From positions 224,001 to 288,000 of the forward strand of contig OZ223481.1 in assembly GCA_965140785.1 (NCBI GenBank): a DNA stretch of 64,000 nt. Direction: 5' to 3'. The notes under the pieces were generated by a model. It did no database searches and had not been told where the DNA came from. It saw only the letters and a list, made by a program, of their open reading frames with translations. Origin of the DNA: an uncultured Ruficoccus sp. (GTDB taxonomy: Bacteria; Verrucomicrobiota; Verrucomicrobiia; Opitutales; Cerasicoccaceae). The position numbers and the translations under genes were made by a program. Of this stretch, positions 1 through 9,520 are shown in pieces; within the stretch, counting starts at the first letter, position 1; each line of letters starts with the position of its first letter.

Positions 1-492
1 GATATTATCAGTGGATTTGCCTTGTATCTGGATTATTCCAAAACTGATAGGAAGATCGATTTTCTCGATGAAGAAGCGTGGAGTGCTTACGACAAGCGGG
101 TTGCCGAACTTGATCTTCCAAAAGTGCAAATTGCTTTATTGGAGCTTCTTCAAACAAGTAGGCTTATCCATCCACGGCTACTCCAGTCCTATGCCCTCCG
201 CCAGATCGTCGCCACCGGTTTGGCGGTGAATGCCTACGCGGATGATCACGGTGGCCAACTGCCTAAATCACTGGATGTGCTGGTGCCGGACTACCTGCCA
301 GCAGTGCCGGTCGATCCGTTCGCGGAAGAGGGCGCGGGCTTCCACTATGTACCCGAGGGCAGCCAGTTCCGGCTCTGGGCAGTGGGCATGAACCGCGAGG
401 ACGACGGCGGGCTCTACGACGCGGAGGATTGGAATCAGGAGGAATCCGACGTTGTCTTTCGTGGTCGGCGGGCAGTTTTTAATGATTCGTAG
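1..492 (+). CDS. Hypothetical protein, 3' part (5' end outside window); C-terminal pseudopilin-like motif
   Basis: Frame is open from base 1. The motif AVNAYADDHGGQLPKSLDVLVPDYLPAVPVDPF...FRLWAVGMN.EDDGG is typical of GspG-like C-terminal domains in PVC bacteria. Confidence 0.6.
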   Translation, partial: DIISGFALYLDYSKTDRKIDFLDEEAWSAYDKRVAELDLPKVQIALLELLQTSRLIHPRLLQSYALRQIVATGLAVNAYADDHGGQLPKSLDVLVPDYLPAVPVDPFAEEGAGFHYVPEGSQFRLWAVGMNREDDGGLYDAEDWNQEESDVVFRGRRAVFNDS

Positions 493-533
493 AGATTTAG
501 GAATTTATAGATTTACGAATCTCATCCATTTTG

Positions 534-1820
534 TCACCGATCGGTGGCCATGGTCTGGAGGGCGTCTTCGACTTTGTATTTGTTGAGCTTGCGGCGCATG
601 ACGTCGAGGGCGCGCATGACGGCGCGGACTTTGACGGTGGAGCGTTCACCGGGATAGACCATCTTGACGCACCAGGTGCCGCAGGGGGCATGGTAGCCGA
701 TGTAGATGGTGCCGACCGGGTTTTCGGCGGTGCCGCCGCTGGGTCCGGCGAAGCCGGTGACGGCCAGTGCGTAGTCGGTGGAGAGGCGTTCGGCGGCGCC
801 GGTGGCCATGGCCACGGCGGTTTCGGCGCTGACAGCCCCGTGCTGGGCGATGATGCACTCGGGCACGCCGAGCAGCTCCGTCTTGGCGTCGTTGTTGTAG
901 CAGACGATGCCGCCGGTGAAGACCTTGGAGGCCCCCGAAATGTCGGTAAAAGCGTTCGAGAGCAGGCCGCCGGTACAGGATTCGGCCACGGCGAGGGTTT
1001 TCTCGTCTGCCCGCAGGTGGTCGAAGATGACCCGCGCGATGGTGTCTTCGCCGTAGCAGACGAAGTCTGCCCCGAGGGCCTCGCGGCACTCCTTGGCGAT
1101 GTTCTGCACGGCGCAGCGCGAGTAGTCGCCCTTGCCGCGGCTGAGGCGGACATCGACCATGCCCTGATGGGCGCAGTAGGCCACGCCGAGGCCTTCATAC
1201 TTGTCGAAAATCGGGGTCAGCAGGTGGTCAAGGGCGCTCTCGCCGATGCCCATGGTGCGGATTTGCAGGTAGGCTTCGTCCGTCCGGCAGTAACCCTCGG
1301 CGCACAGCCGGGGAAAGACATGGTCCTCCAGCATGGGGATCATCTCGTTGGCCGGACCGGGGAGCATGGCCAGGCATTTGCCGTCGAGGCGCAGCCAGAT
1401 GCCGGGGGCGGTGCCGTTGGGATTGGGTAAAATTTCCGCGCCCTTGGGCAGGTAACACTGCTTGAGGTTGTTCGGGCTGACGGTGCGGCCCATGCGCTCG
1501 AAGCGGGCGCGGATCGCCTGCTCGATCTCCTCGGCATAGATCAGCTCCAGCCCGAGGACTTCGGCCACGACCTCGCGGGTGTTGTCGTCGCTGGTGGGGC
1601 CGAGGCCGCCGGTGGTGATGATGATGTCCGACTGGTCCCAGCTCTCCTTAAAGAAGCGCCGGATGTCCTCGACCGCGTCGTTGAAACAGACGTTGCGCTG
1701 GAGGTACAGGCCATGCCTGGCAAGCTCCCGGCCGATGTGGGCAAGATGGGTGTTTTCGCGGATGCCGAGCAGGAGCTCGTCGCCGAGATTGAGAAGTTCT
1801 ACACGCGGATTTGACGCCAT
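534..1820 (-). CDS. cinA: CinA family protein (MoCF-binding domain + PncC/NMN deamidase domain)
   Basis: Motifs GDELLLG..NT, IITTGGLGPTSDD.T, LPGP..EM, AVAESCTGG, HGAVSAETA.AMA.G and TGFAGP.GG. Confidence 0.93.
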   Translation of the reverse strand: MASNPRVELLNLGDELLLGIRENTHLAHIGRELARHGLYLQRNVCFNDAVEDIRRFFKESWDQSDIIITTGGLGPTSDDNTREVVAEVLGLELIYAEEIEQAIRARFERMGRTVSPNNLKQCYLPKGAEILPNPNGTAPGIWLRLDGKCLAMLPGPANEMIPMLEDHVFPRLCAEGYCRTDEAYLQIRTMGIGESALDHLLTPIFDKYEGLGVAYCAHQGMVDVRLSRGKGDYSRCAVQNIAKECREALGADFVCYGEDTIARVIFDHLRADEKTLAVAESCTGGLLSNAFTDISGASKVFTGGIVCYNNDAKTELLGVPECIIAQHGAVSAETAVAMATGAAERLSTDYALAVTGFAGPSGGTAENPVGTIYIGYHAPCGTWCVKMVYPGERSTVKVRAVMRALDVMRRKLNKYKVEDALQTMATDR

Positions 1821-1950
1821 GGGTATTTACGGGTTCAGTCGGGCCCAGGGCATCTGGATTCAAAACGATCGTCACGCCGGTGCGAATGTATCTTGAAAAC
1901 AGGCGGCTTAGCCTGACTATTGCTTACTAGATTAACGCAGACCCTTCCAA

Positions 1951-3483
1951 ATGCCAACCCCGCAACCCAAGAAAAAATTAAACGAGACCGTGCGGCACCT
2001 GCCGCACCGGCCCGGCGTGTACCTGATGAAGGACCGGGTCGGGACGGTTTTGTATGTGGGCAAGGCCAAGGATTTGAAGAAAAGGGTCAGCACCTACTTC
2101 CAGCCCTCGCGCAAGCGCCAGATCGCCCAGCCCAAGGTCACCGCGATGATCGGGCTGGTCCACGACGTGGAGACGATTGAGGTCAAATCCGAGACCGAGG
2201 CCCTGCTGCTGGAGGGCCGCTTGATCAAGGAGTACAGGCCCAAGTACAACACCGACTTTACCGACAACAAGCAGTTCCTGCTCGTGCGGGTGGACATCAA
2301 CGCCGAGCTGCCGCGCTTCCGCCTGACCCGCAACCGCAAGGACGACGGCGCCCGCTACTTCGGGCCCTTTGTCCACGCCGGGCTTTTGCGCAAAACCCTG
2401 GCCCAGATGCGGGTCAAGTTCGGCATCCTCCTGGGGGACGCTTCTCCCGTGCGCCTGCCTGATGGCCGCTGGCTGCGCTACGACGACGCCCGGGCCGAGA
2501 TCTACCGCGCCACCGAGCCGGTCAGCTCCGAGGAGTACCGGGAAAAGGTCGAGGAGGCTTGCGGCTTTCTCGATGGCAAATCCCGCGAGTGGCTGGCGAA
2601 GCTGAAGGAGAGAATGGCCGCCGCCGCCGAGGCCCGCGACTACGAGAAGGCCGCCGAGCTGCGCGACCAGGTCCAGGCCATGGAGGCGACGCTGGAGCGC
2701 GCCCGGCGTTTCACCCGGACCACACTTCCCCTGCCGGACGCCCCGGCCCAGGCCATGGGAGCGCTTCAGGCCGCGCTCGGCCTGCCCGAACTGCCCCGGC
2801 ACATGGAGTGCTTCGACATTTCGCATATCTCCGGCTCCTTCGTCGTTGCCTCGATGGCCTACTTCGCCGACGGCAAGCCCGACCGCGCCCAGAACCGCCG
2901 TTACCGGATCAAGAGTTTCGTGGGCAACGACGACTTCCGCGCGATGGAGGAGGTGGTGGGTCGCCGCTACCTGCGCCTGAAAAACGAGGGCCGACGCTTC
3001 CCCGATCTGGTCGTGATCGACGGCGGGCAGGGGCAGGTCCACGCCGCCATGAAGGCCTTCCTCTTCCACGAGCTGGAGATGCCGCCGCTCATCGGCCTGG
3101 CGAAAAAGGAAGAGACGATCATTTTCGCCGACGGGCGCGAGCCGCTCAATCTCCCGCACCACGATCCGGGCCTGCGCCTGCTCCAGCGCCTGCGCGACGA
3201 GTCCCACCGCCTGGCCAACTCCTACAACGCCCAACTGCGCTCGCGCCGCATCCGCGAGACCATCCTGGACGAATTCGAGGGCTTGGGTCCGGTCCGCCGC
3301 AAGGCCCTGCTCGACCACTTCGGCTCGCTCGAACGCCTGCGCAAGGCTGCCCCTGAAGACCTCCAGCAGGTCGAGGGCATCGGCCCCAAACTCGCCGCCG
3401 CGCTCCATGCGTTCCTGCGTCGCCAGCCGTCCGCCGAGTCCACGCAAAAGGGGAACCTTTCGGCTCCCCTTCGTTTGCACTAG
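1951..3483 (+). CDS. uvrC: Excinuclease ABC subunit C
   Basis: GIY-YIG (PGVYLM..VLYVGKAKDLKKRV..EALLLE..LIK..P.YN), UVR (YEKAAELRDQ), RNase H-like (ECFDISH, PDLVVIDGG.GQ, LRDESHR) and HhH (GLGP, GIGP) motifs. Confidence 0.96.
   Translation: MPTPQPKKKLNETVRHLPHRPGVYLMKDRVGTVLYVGKAKDLKKRVSTYFQPSRKRQIAQPKVTAMIGLVHDVETIEVKSETEALLLEGRLIKEYRPKYNTDFTDNKQFLLVRVDINAELPRFRLTRNRKDDGARYFGPFVHAGLLRKTLAQMRVKFGILLGDASPVRLPDGRWLRYDDARAEIYRATEPVSSEEYREKVEEACGFLDGKSREWLAKLKERMAAAAEARDYEKAAELRDQVQAMEATLERARRFTRTTLPLPDAPAQAMGALQAALGLPELPRHMECFDISHISGSFVVASMAYFADGKPDRAQNRRYRIKSFVGNDDFRAMEEVVGRRYLRLKNEGRRFPDLVVIDGGQGQVHAAMKAFLFHELEMPPLIGLAKKEETIIFADGREPLNLPHHDPGLRLLQRLRDESHRLANSYNAQLRSRRIRETILDEFEGLGPVRRKALLDHFGSLERLRKAAPEDLQQVEGIGPKLAAALHAFLRRQPSAESTQKGNLSAPLRLH
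3446..3471 (-). terminator. Intrinsic terminator for the PEP-CTERM gene, embedded in the uvrC 3' end
   Basis: Minus strand reads GGGGAGCC-GAAA-GGTTCCCC-TTTT, about 40 nt after the stop at 3509. Confidence 0.55.
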
Positions 3484-3508
3484 AAAATGATGTTGGGTGT
3501 GGAAAAGC

Positions 3509-4237
3509 TCAGGCGGCCTTGCGCTCGCCGCGCAGCCGGCGCCAGGCCAGCGCACCCATCCCGGCCGCAGCCATCAGCCAGATGCCGTCGGCAGGTTCGG
3601 GGACGGCGGTCAAGGTGCCGCGGATCATGTCGGTGCCACTACCGGCGAAGCGGATGATGAAGTGGTAGTTCGTATTGGTGGAGTCGTTCGGGAAGAACGT
3701 TTCGCCCAGCACGGGGAAGGCGATATTGGCGTTCGGGTAGGCGGCATCGTTGCCGAGGACCATGTCATAGGGCTGAGCATCGCTGTAGAAGTTGAACTCG
3801 ATGCTGGAAACTTCGTAGGAGCCGACATCCGGCGCGGTCACCGAGTCGGGCGCAACACCTTCGTTGAAGGTGAAAGTCACCTGGTCGAAACCGGAGAAAG
3901 CGTCACTGTTGGTATTGGTGACATTGATCTCGCCGCTGAGGTTGCTGACGCTCTGGAAGGCGGCATCGTACCAGCCGTCAACGGTGACGGAGCCGTTGCT
4001 GACCGCGTCGCGGTAGCTACCCGTGCTCTGGTAGAAGGAAGAGCGGTTGGGATTGTACACTGTCACGCTCGTATCTACATCCATGCTGATGTTAAGCAAA
4101 TCGCCCACCGAAAAATAGCTGCTCAGGCTGCTGGAGACGTAGTTCAGCTCACCGCTGAAGCGCCAGGCTTGGGTTTCCGCGAGGGCGGTGCCGAGCGAGG
4201 CGGTGAAAAACAGGACAGAGGCATAAGTTTTCTTCAT
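3509..4237 (-). CDS. PEP-CTERM sorting-domain surface protein
   Basis: Signal peptide MKKTYASVLFFTASLGTALA, Ser/Asn-rich body, and C-terminal VPEP + TM + RRLR. Alternative start at 4246. Confidence 0.88.
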   Translation of the reverse strand: MKKTYASVLFFTASLGTALAETQAWRFSGELNYVSSSLSSYFSVGDLLNISMDVDTSVTVYNPNRSSFYQSTGSYRDAVSNGSVTVDGWYDAAFQSVSNLSGEINVTNTNSDAFSGFDQVTFTFNEGVAPDSVTAPDVGSYEVSSIEFNFYSDAQPYDMVLGNDAAYPNANIAFPVLGETFFPNDSTNTNYHFIIRFAGSGTDMIRGTLTAVPEPADGIWLMAAAGMGALAWRRLRGERKAA

Positions 4238-4266
4238 GGTAGACATAAGTATGATTGGGTGCCGTG

Positions 4267-4294
4267 ACCCTAGAAACGGGGTTGCCGCTGTCAA
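4267..4294 (-). promoter_or_regulatory. Sigma70-like promoter of the PEP-CTERM gene
   Basis: Minus strand TTGACA-16 nt-TAGGGT, about 30 nt upstream of the ATG. Confidence 0.5.
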
Positions 4295-4534
4295 TCGTGA
4301 AAGGCGTTGATGTTTAGACAATAATGACAGTGACCGACGGGCTTGCCTATACCGTGGGACGCCGGGCACACCGACAATGGCCTTCACGTGGTCAACTCGG
4401 CCTGATTGGTGTTTTGGCGTTATCTACAAGGTTTACCGGACGGGATTCTAAGGCATTAGGGCGGCAGTGGCATAAGGTTTCTTTGTTTAAAGGATGTGTT
4501 GTGAAAAATAAATTTATAGCCTGAACTAGTTGAC

Positions 4535-4723
4535 ATGCGAGTCGTCATCAAGGGCAAGCACGACCTATCTCTGCTCAACAACGTGGCCTGCGAAGCCCCC
4601 GCTACCCCGAAGCTGTTGCCCACCGCGCGCAGTTACTCGACAGCGCGGGGACTGCTCGCCGAGGCCGGATGCGCCGGCGGTAAAGGCGGCCGCTCTTTTT
4701 TCGGTCGCCTTCTGCGCCGCTGA
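4535..4723 (+). CDS. Small basic hypothetical protein (62 aa)
   Basis: ATG start after an AT-rich tract; G/C-biased third codon positions; fills an otherwise empty gap. Confidence 0.5.
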   Translation: MRVVIKGKHDLSLLNNVACEAPATPKLLPTARSYSTARGLLAEAGCAGGKGGRSFFGRLLRR

Positions 4724-4818
4724 GGCACGGACAGGGCATCATCCCTCCCGGATTCCCGCCGCCAGAAAAGCATCTGCGCCTCTTGCGTCCGCATGGGCTC
4801 TGCGCTAGACTGCGGCTT

Positions 4819-5330
4819 ATGAAAAACCCGTTGTTGATCCTCGCCGGCATTCTTGGCCTCACCAGCACCACTCAGGCCGAACCCCTCAAGGTCGGCGATC
4901 CCGCCCCGACCGTTGTCGCCGTTGATCAGGACGGCCAGGAGGTGGACCTGGGGTAATATTTACGCCAAGGGGACGACACTGGTGTACTTTTACCCGAAGG
5001 CCGATACCCCCGGCTGTACCGCTCAGGCCTGCAGCCTGCGGGACGCCTATGAGGAACTGACCGACGCCGGGGTGACCGTGGTTGGCGTGAGCATGGACTC
5101 AGTAGCCGCGCAGCAAAAATTCAAGCAGAAGTACGACCTGCCCTTCATTCTCAATCGCCGATCCCGACGGGAAGGTGGCGGAAGCCTTTGGCGTGCCCAA
5201 TCGAATGGGCTTTGCCGCGCGGCAGGCCTACCTCATCCGCGACGGCAAGGTCGTCTGGCTCGATTACAAGGCCTCGACCAAGCAGCAGGCGCAGGATGCC
5301 TTGGCGGCGCTCAAGTCGCTGGAGGGGTAG
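4819..5330 (+). CDS. bcp: Peroxiredoxin, BCP/PrxQ type, with signal peptide; two apparent +1 frameshifts
   Basis: Three frames join into MKNPLLILAGILGLTSTTQAEPLKVGDPAP / LVYFYPKADTPGCTAQAC / IADPDGKVAEAFGV...RQAYLI. Breaks at about 4951 (GGGG) and about 5153 (AA). Confidence 0.85.
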
Positions 5331-5387
5331 CGGTTGTTTTTAACAGCGAAGCAGGGCTACGCTGCGGACGTTTTGCAAGACTGACAC

Positions 5388-5666
5388 TCAGGCTCGGCAG
5401 AAGAAATAGTAATAGGTCAGGCCCGCCATCGCCAAGCTGAAGACCAGCGACGTTGCCCCTAGGATGCGTCCGTATAAAACGATTGTTCGCTGATTGCCGC
5501 CATTGAAATCCTCCGGGTGTTCATTGGTCAGATTATAGACCAGACGCTCATAGCGCTCCAGCAGCACCTCTTGGCTGGTCAGGATCAGGTGCAGGCCCAC
5601 CACGGCTGAGATCAACACCAGCGCTGGAAATGCCAAATACGGCACGAACTTGAAAACCAATCCCAT
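5388..5666 (-). CDS. Small two-TM membrane protein (92 aa)
   Basis: Two hydrophobic segments flank a polar loop; similar to the neighbour at 5839-6087. Confidence 0.7.
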   Translation of the reverse strand: MGLVFKFVPYLAFPALVLISAVVGLHLILTSQEVLLERYERLVYNLTNEHPEDFNGGNQRTIVLYGRILGATSLVFSLAMAGLTYYYFFCRA

Positions 5667-5838
5667 AGCAGACGAGGCTGGGAAAATAGGGCATAAAGCC
5701 TTGGTTCTTCAAGATAAAACCCTAAAGGATTAATAATCTTGGCGGCGTTAGTAAATAATGGAACACGTCTGCGTTACCAACTGACACGGCGTGCCGCTTG
5801 TTTATGGCAATTGCCGGAGCTTATCCGGCGCCTGATTT

Positions 5839-6087
5839 TCAGACCACGACGTAGTAAATCACGCCCACGCTGAACAGCAGCAGGAGGATGCCGACAGCCT
5901 TGAGGCGCCAGATGATCCGTGGCATGTCGTGAAAGTCCTCGTCCTTGAGCGGCTGCATGGTCCGCGCCAATTGGTAATTCTGATACTTCACCGTCAGTTT
6001 GTCGGAATTAGCCAGCACGAGGTAAAATCCCAGCGAAGCTGGAACACCGATCAAGATAGCAACAAATATCCAAAACAGCCCTTCCAT
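5839..6087 (-). CDS. Small two-TM membrane protein (82 aa)
   Basis: GAGG Shine-Dalgarno upstream on the minus strand; two TM segments. Confidence 0.75.
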   Translation of the reverse strand: MEGLFWIFVAILIGVPASLGFYLVLANSDKLTVKYQNYQLARTMQPLKDEDFHDMPRIIWRLKAVGILLLLFSVGVIYYVVV

Positions 6088-6304
6088 AAAAAATCCTCGG
6101 TAGCAAAGTAATCTTAGCAGTATATTTGAGATTCAGACTCGACTTTAGGTATGGGTTTCGAGATAAATTTAAACTGTATTTTTCAAAAAAGTAACCAGAA
6201 CGTACAAAAGTATCACATTTTTACATTTTCTTCATTGGCGGCTTTTTTTCTAAAAAAAATTCAAATGAGGGATTGACTTTCCGAAATAAACAATTCTATA
6301 GGCA

Positions 6305-6412
6305 GTATAAACTTTTTACGACTTCTCCTACGGGAGATGGGGTAACAAGCAACGAGATAAAGTAGAAAACAAATGGCGGAGCGTTTAGGGGTAGGCGCTC
6401 CGCCTTCATTTT
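6305..6412 (+). ncRNA. Candidate small RNA
   Basis: Upstream TTGACT at 6273 and TATAGG at 6297; TCTCC-TACG-GGAGA hairpin; A-rich linker; terminator; no credible ORF. Confidence 0.4.
6375..6412 (+). terminator. Intrinsic terminator
   Basis: GGCGGAGCGTTTA-GGGG-TAGGCGCTCCGCC followed by TTCATTTT. Confidence 0.65.
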
Positions 6413-6473
6413 ATCTGGTCGGAACGACCCCGCCGCGCCTGAGCCGCCACCGCGAGAAAGACTTGTTAAGGGT

Positions 6474-7037
6474 ATGTCCGGGCCGCAATCGAAGAGATAT
6501 GTAGCCTTGCTCCGCGGCATCAATGTCGGCGGAAAAAACAAAATCGAGATGAAGCGCCTCAGGCGCACGTTCGAGCGGGCGGGAATGAGCGCAGTCGCCA
6601 CCTATATCAACTCGGGCAACGTTATTTTCAATGACCGGGGCAGGCCCCGCGTCGAACTGTCCGCCCGGCTGGAGAAGGCTGTCGCTGCGGACTTCGGGCT
6701 GGAGGTGCCCGTTCTGCTGCGCACCCGGGAGGAGATCGACGCCGTTCATGCGGCTCTGCCACCGGACTGGAGTAATGACAGTGCGATGAAGTGCGACGTG
6801 CTCTTTCTATGGGAGGAGATTGATAATCCCGATGTGCTGGATCAGCTCCCGCTCAAGCCGGAGTTGGTAACCGTTCGTTATCTGCCGGGGACGGTCCTCG
6901 TCGGTATGGACCGGGCGCATGTGGCCCGCAGCGGCTTGAACCGCCTGGTGGGCTCCTCCCTCTATCGGGCGATGACGATTCGCAACGTTAACACCCTCCG
7001 GCGTATTCACGGCCTCTTGGCGGAGCAGGAGCAATAA
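6474..7037 (+). CDS. DUF1697 family protein
   Basis: Motifs YVALLRGINVGG, V.TYINSGNVIF and T.RN.NT. Confidence 0.9.
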   Translation: MSGPQSKRYVALLRGINVGGKNKIEMKRLRRTFERAGMSAVATYINSGNVIFNDRGRPRVELSARLEKAVAADFGLEVPVLLRTREEIDAVHAALPPDWSNDSAMKCDVLFLWEEIDNPDVLDQLPLKPELVTVRYLPGTVLVGMDRAHVARSGLNRLVGSSLYRAMTIRNVNTLRRIHGLLAEQEQ

Positions 7038-7094
7038 TCTCTGGCGGCCCGTCACAGGAGAGGGTTCCCTTTTGAGGAAAGGGCGCTCCGTACC

Positions 7095-8074
7095 TCAATA
7101 CGCCTGGCGCAGCTGTTCCCAGCGCTCTTTCTGCGCGTCGGTCTTGGCCGGGGGGACGGTGACCATGATGATCACGTAAAGGTCGCCCCGCGAACCATCC
7201 GCTTTTTTCATCCCCAGGCCTTTCAGCCGCAGGCGGCGTCCGGAGGGCGAACCCGCCGGTACCGTCACGGCCACGCGCTCCTTGAGCGTGGGCACGGTGT
7301 GCTTGGCGCCCAGCGCGGCATCCCAGGGCATCACCTCCAGCTCGTATTCGAGATCGGCTCCGGCCACGCGAAAATCAGGATGGCGCTCCAGCTTGACCGT
7401 GAGCAGGAGGGTCTCCCGCCGGTCCGCCATTGTGGCCGGGCTGGCCCTTGCCAGCCAGGCGGATTTGCTGACCTTCGCGCACGCCTTCGGGCACGCGGAC
7501 GCGGAGCTTTTCGGTGCGGGTGTCGCCGCTGGGGGCCGGATGCTTCAGGCTGATCTCACGGCTTGAGCCGTTGTTGGCCTCTTCCAGCGAGACAAGCAGG
7601 TCCGCCGTCAGGTCGGCTCCGCGCCGGGGGCGGGTCGCCCCTCCGCCAAAGCCTCCGCCGTCGGCGAAGTCCTGGTAGTCGAAGCCGCCGCCGCGCCCTC
7701 CTCGGGAGCCGAACATGTGCTCGAAAAAGTCGCTGAAGCCCGTCCCGCCGAAGTGGAAGTCGCGGGCACCGCCCCCGCCGCCGGTACTGAAGCGCAACAC
7801 CGCCGGGCCCGCCCCAGCCGGGCGGCGGGGTGAAGTTGGCTCCGGCCTGCCAGTTACTGCCCAGCGCGTCGTACTTTTCGCGCTTTTCGGGGTCGCTGAG
7901 CACCTCGTAGGCCTCGTTGAGCTCCTTGAACTTGGTTTCGGCGGCTTCCTTATCCTTGGCATGGTCGGGGTGGTGTTCCCGGGCCAGCTTGCGGAACGCC
8001 TTTTTGATCTCATCCTGGGTGGCCTCACGGCTCACGCCCAGCACTTCGTAGTAATCTCGGTAACGCACGGACAC
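7095..8074 (-). CDS. cbpA: DnaJ-class co-chaperone (CbpA-like); apparent frameshifts near 7800 and 7415
   Basis: J-domain [25 protein letters not shown]-rich FSDFFE, and DnaJ_C (RLAGKG, GDLYV). No Zn finger. Split over three frames. Confidence 0.82.
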
Positions 8075-8234
8075 CTGTTCAATGTGAAACAATTTTGTCG
8101 TAGAATCAACTGCGCCTTTGAGAGTTATTAAAGCAAACCCCGTGGAGAGGATAGTTGGAGTCGGGCCAACCTTCAAAGGCTCAAACTTTATAAAAGATTG
8201 CCCACCGGAGGGCGGTCTTGTCATAGTCGGGCCC

Positions 8235-9329
8235 ATGTCTGCACCGGCCTTCACCTTCATCTGCGGGGACGACGATTTTCTCGTCGGCCAGGAGGGCCGG
8301 GCGCTTTTTGCCGAGAAAACCCGCGACCTGGCGGACGACTTTTCCAAGGAAACGGTCGAGGCCACCACGCAGAACGTGGGTGAGGTCGAGGAGGCGGTCA
8401 ACCGCTTCCGTGACGCCGCGCAGACGCTCTCCATGTTCGGGGATAAAAAGGTCGTCTGGCTCAAGGACGTGAATTTCCTGGCTGACTCCGTCACCGGTCG
8501 GGCCGAGGGCACGAAAAAGCTGGTCGAGGACCTGCAAAGTGTCCTCGAAGGGCTGGACCCGGCCGGGATCGAGGTCATCATCACCGCCTTTCCGGTGGAC
8601 CGCCGCCGCAAAGAGTTCAAGTGGTTCCAGAAGGCCGCCGACTTTCGCGACCTTAAAGGGGCCGGCGACGAGGACTCGCTCATCGAGCTGGCCCGCGCCG
8701 AGGCCGCCGGGCTCAAGGCCAACTTCACCCTGCGCGGGGCCGCCGCCCTCGTGGCCAAGGTGCAGGGCAATACCCGCCTCATCCTGGAGGAGACCCGCAA
8801 GCTCGCCACCTACGTCGGTCTGGACGGCCAAATCGACGAGAGCCACGTGACCGAGCTCGTCCCGGCTTTCGGCGAAGGGGACTTCTTCGAAGCCGCCGAG
8901 GCCTTTTTCTCGCTCAATCTGGGCTGGACTCTGGAGGCCCTGCGTCGCCACTTCTTTACCAACTCCGAGGCCCGTCCGCTCATTGCCTCGATGCAGAACC
9001 GCAATCGGCTCATGATCCAACTGCGCGTGATGATGGACGGGGGCGACCTGCGGCTGAGCCCACGCGGCTTCGCCAAGCCCGAGTTCGAGCGCGCCGCCCG
9101 CGCCTACGCCAAGCACTTCGGCGGCTTCGACACCAAGGCCTCCTTCAATGTTTTTACCCAGAACCTCTGGTACCTGGGCAACAAGATCGCCCCCAGCGCC
9201 AAGCCCCTCACCCTCAAGCGCCTGATCGACTTCCAGCTCGAGTTCATGCGCGCCTTCGAGGACCTCATCCGCCGCTCCACCGACCAGGAGGCCGTCATGC
9301 GCGACCTCGCCATCCGCTGCCTCTCCTAG
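8235..9329 (+). CDS. holA: DNA polymerase III subunit delta
   Basis: N-terminal [21 protein letters not shown] and E.RKLATY; length fits. Confidence 0.8.
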   Translation: MSAPAFTFICGDDDFLVGQEGRALFAEKTRDLADDFSKETVEATTQNVGEVEEAVNRFRDAAQTLSMFGDKKVVWLKDVNFLADSVTGRAEGTKKLVEDLQSVLEGLDPAGIEVIITAFPVDRRRKEFKWFQKAADFRDLKGAGDEDSLIELARAEAAGLKANFTLRGAAALVAKVQGNTRLILEETRKLATYVGLDGQIDESHVTELVPAFGEGDFFEAAEAFFSLNLGWTLEALRRHFFTNSEARPLIASMQNRNRLMIQLRVMMDGGDLRLSPRGFAKPEFERAARAYAKHFGGFDTKASFNVFTQNLWYLGNKIAPSAKPLTLKRLIDFQLEFMRAFEDLIRRSTDQEAVMRDLAIRCLS

Positions 9330-9352
9330 GCGGGTTGCACCCGCTGGCAATG

Positions 9353-9411
9353 AGGGGCTGCGCCCCTACGGTGCGTGACCGCACTGGACATAAAGGGGCT
9401 GCGCCCCTACG
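9353..9411 (-). repeat. Two tandem GTAG-type REP palindromes
   Basis: AGGGGCTGCGCCCCTACG occurs twice; the minus strand reads GTAG-GGGC-GCA-GCCCC. Related copies at 12851 and 16815-16875. Confidence 0.75.
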
Positions 9412-9520
9412 CCGCCAGAAAGGCGGCTACCCCGGAGAGCCACGATTTTTCGAATCAGTAAGAAAGCCGCGGCGTTGCGTGCCGGATTTCGATTCTTTCG
9501 GGCGGGGGAGCGCAGGTTCG

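Noticed and set aside
4819..5330. Programmed frameshifting or phase variation in bcp
   Set aside because: The runs are only 2-4 nt with no slippery heptamer; the same error type recurs in unrelated genes.
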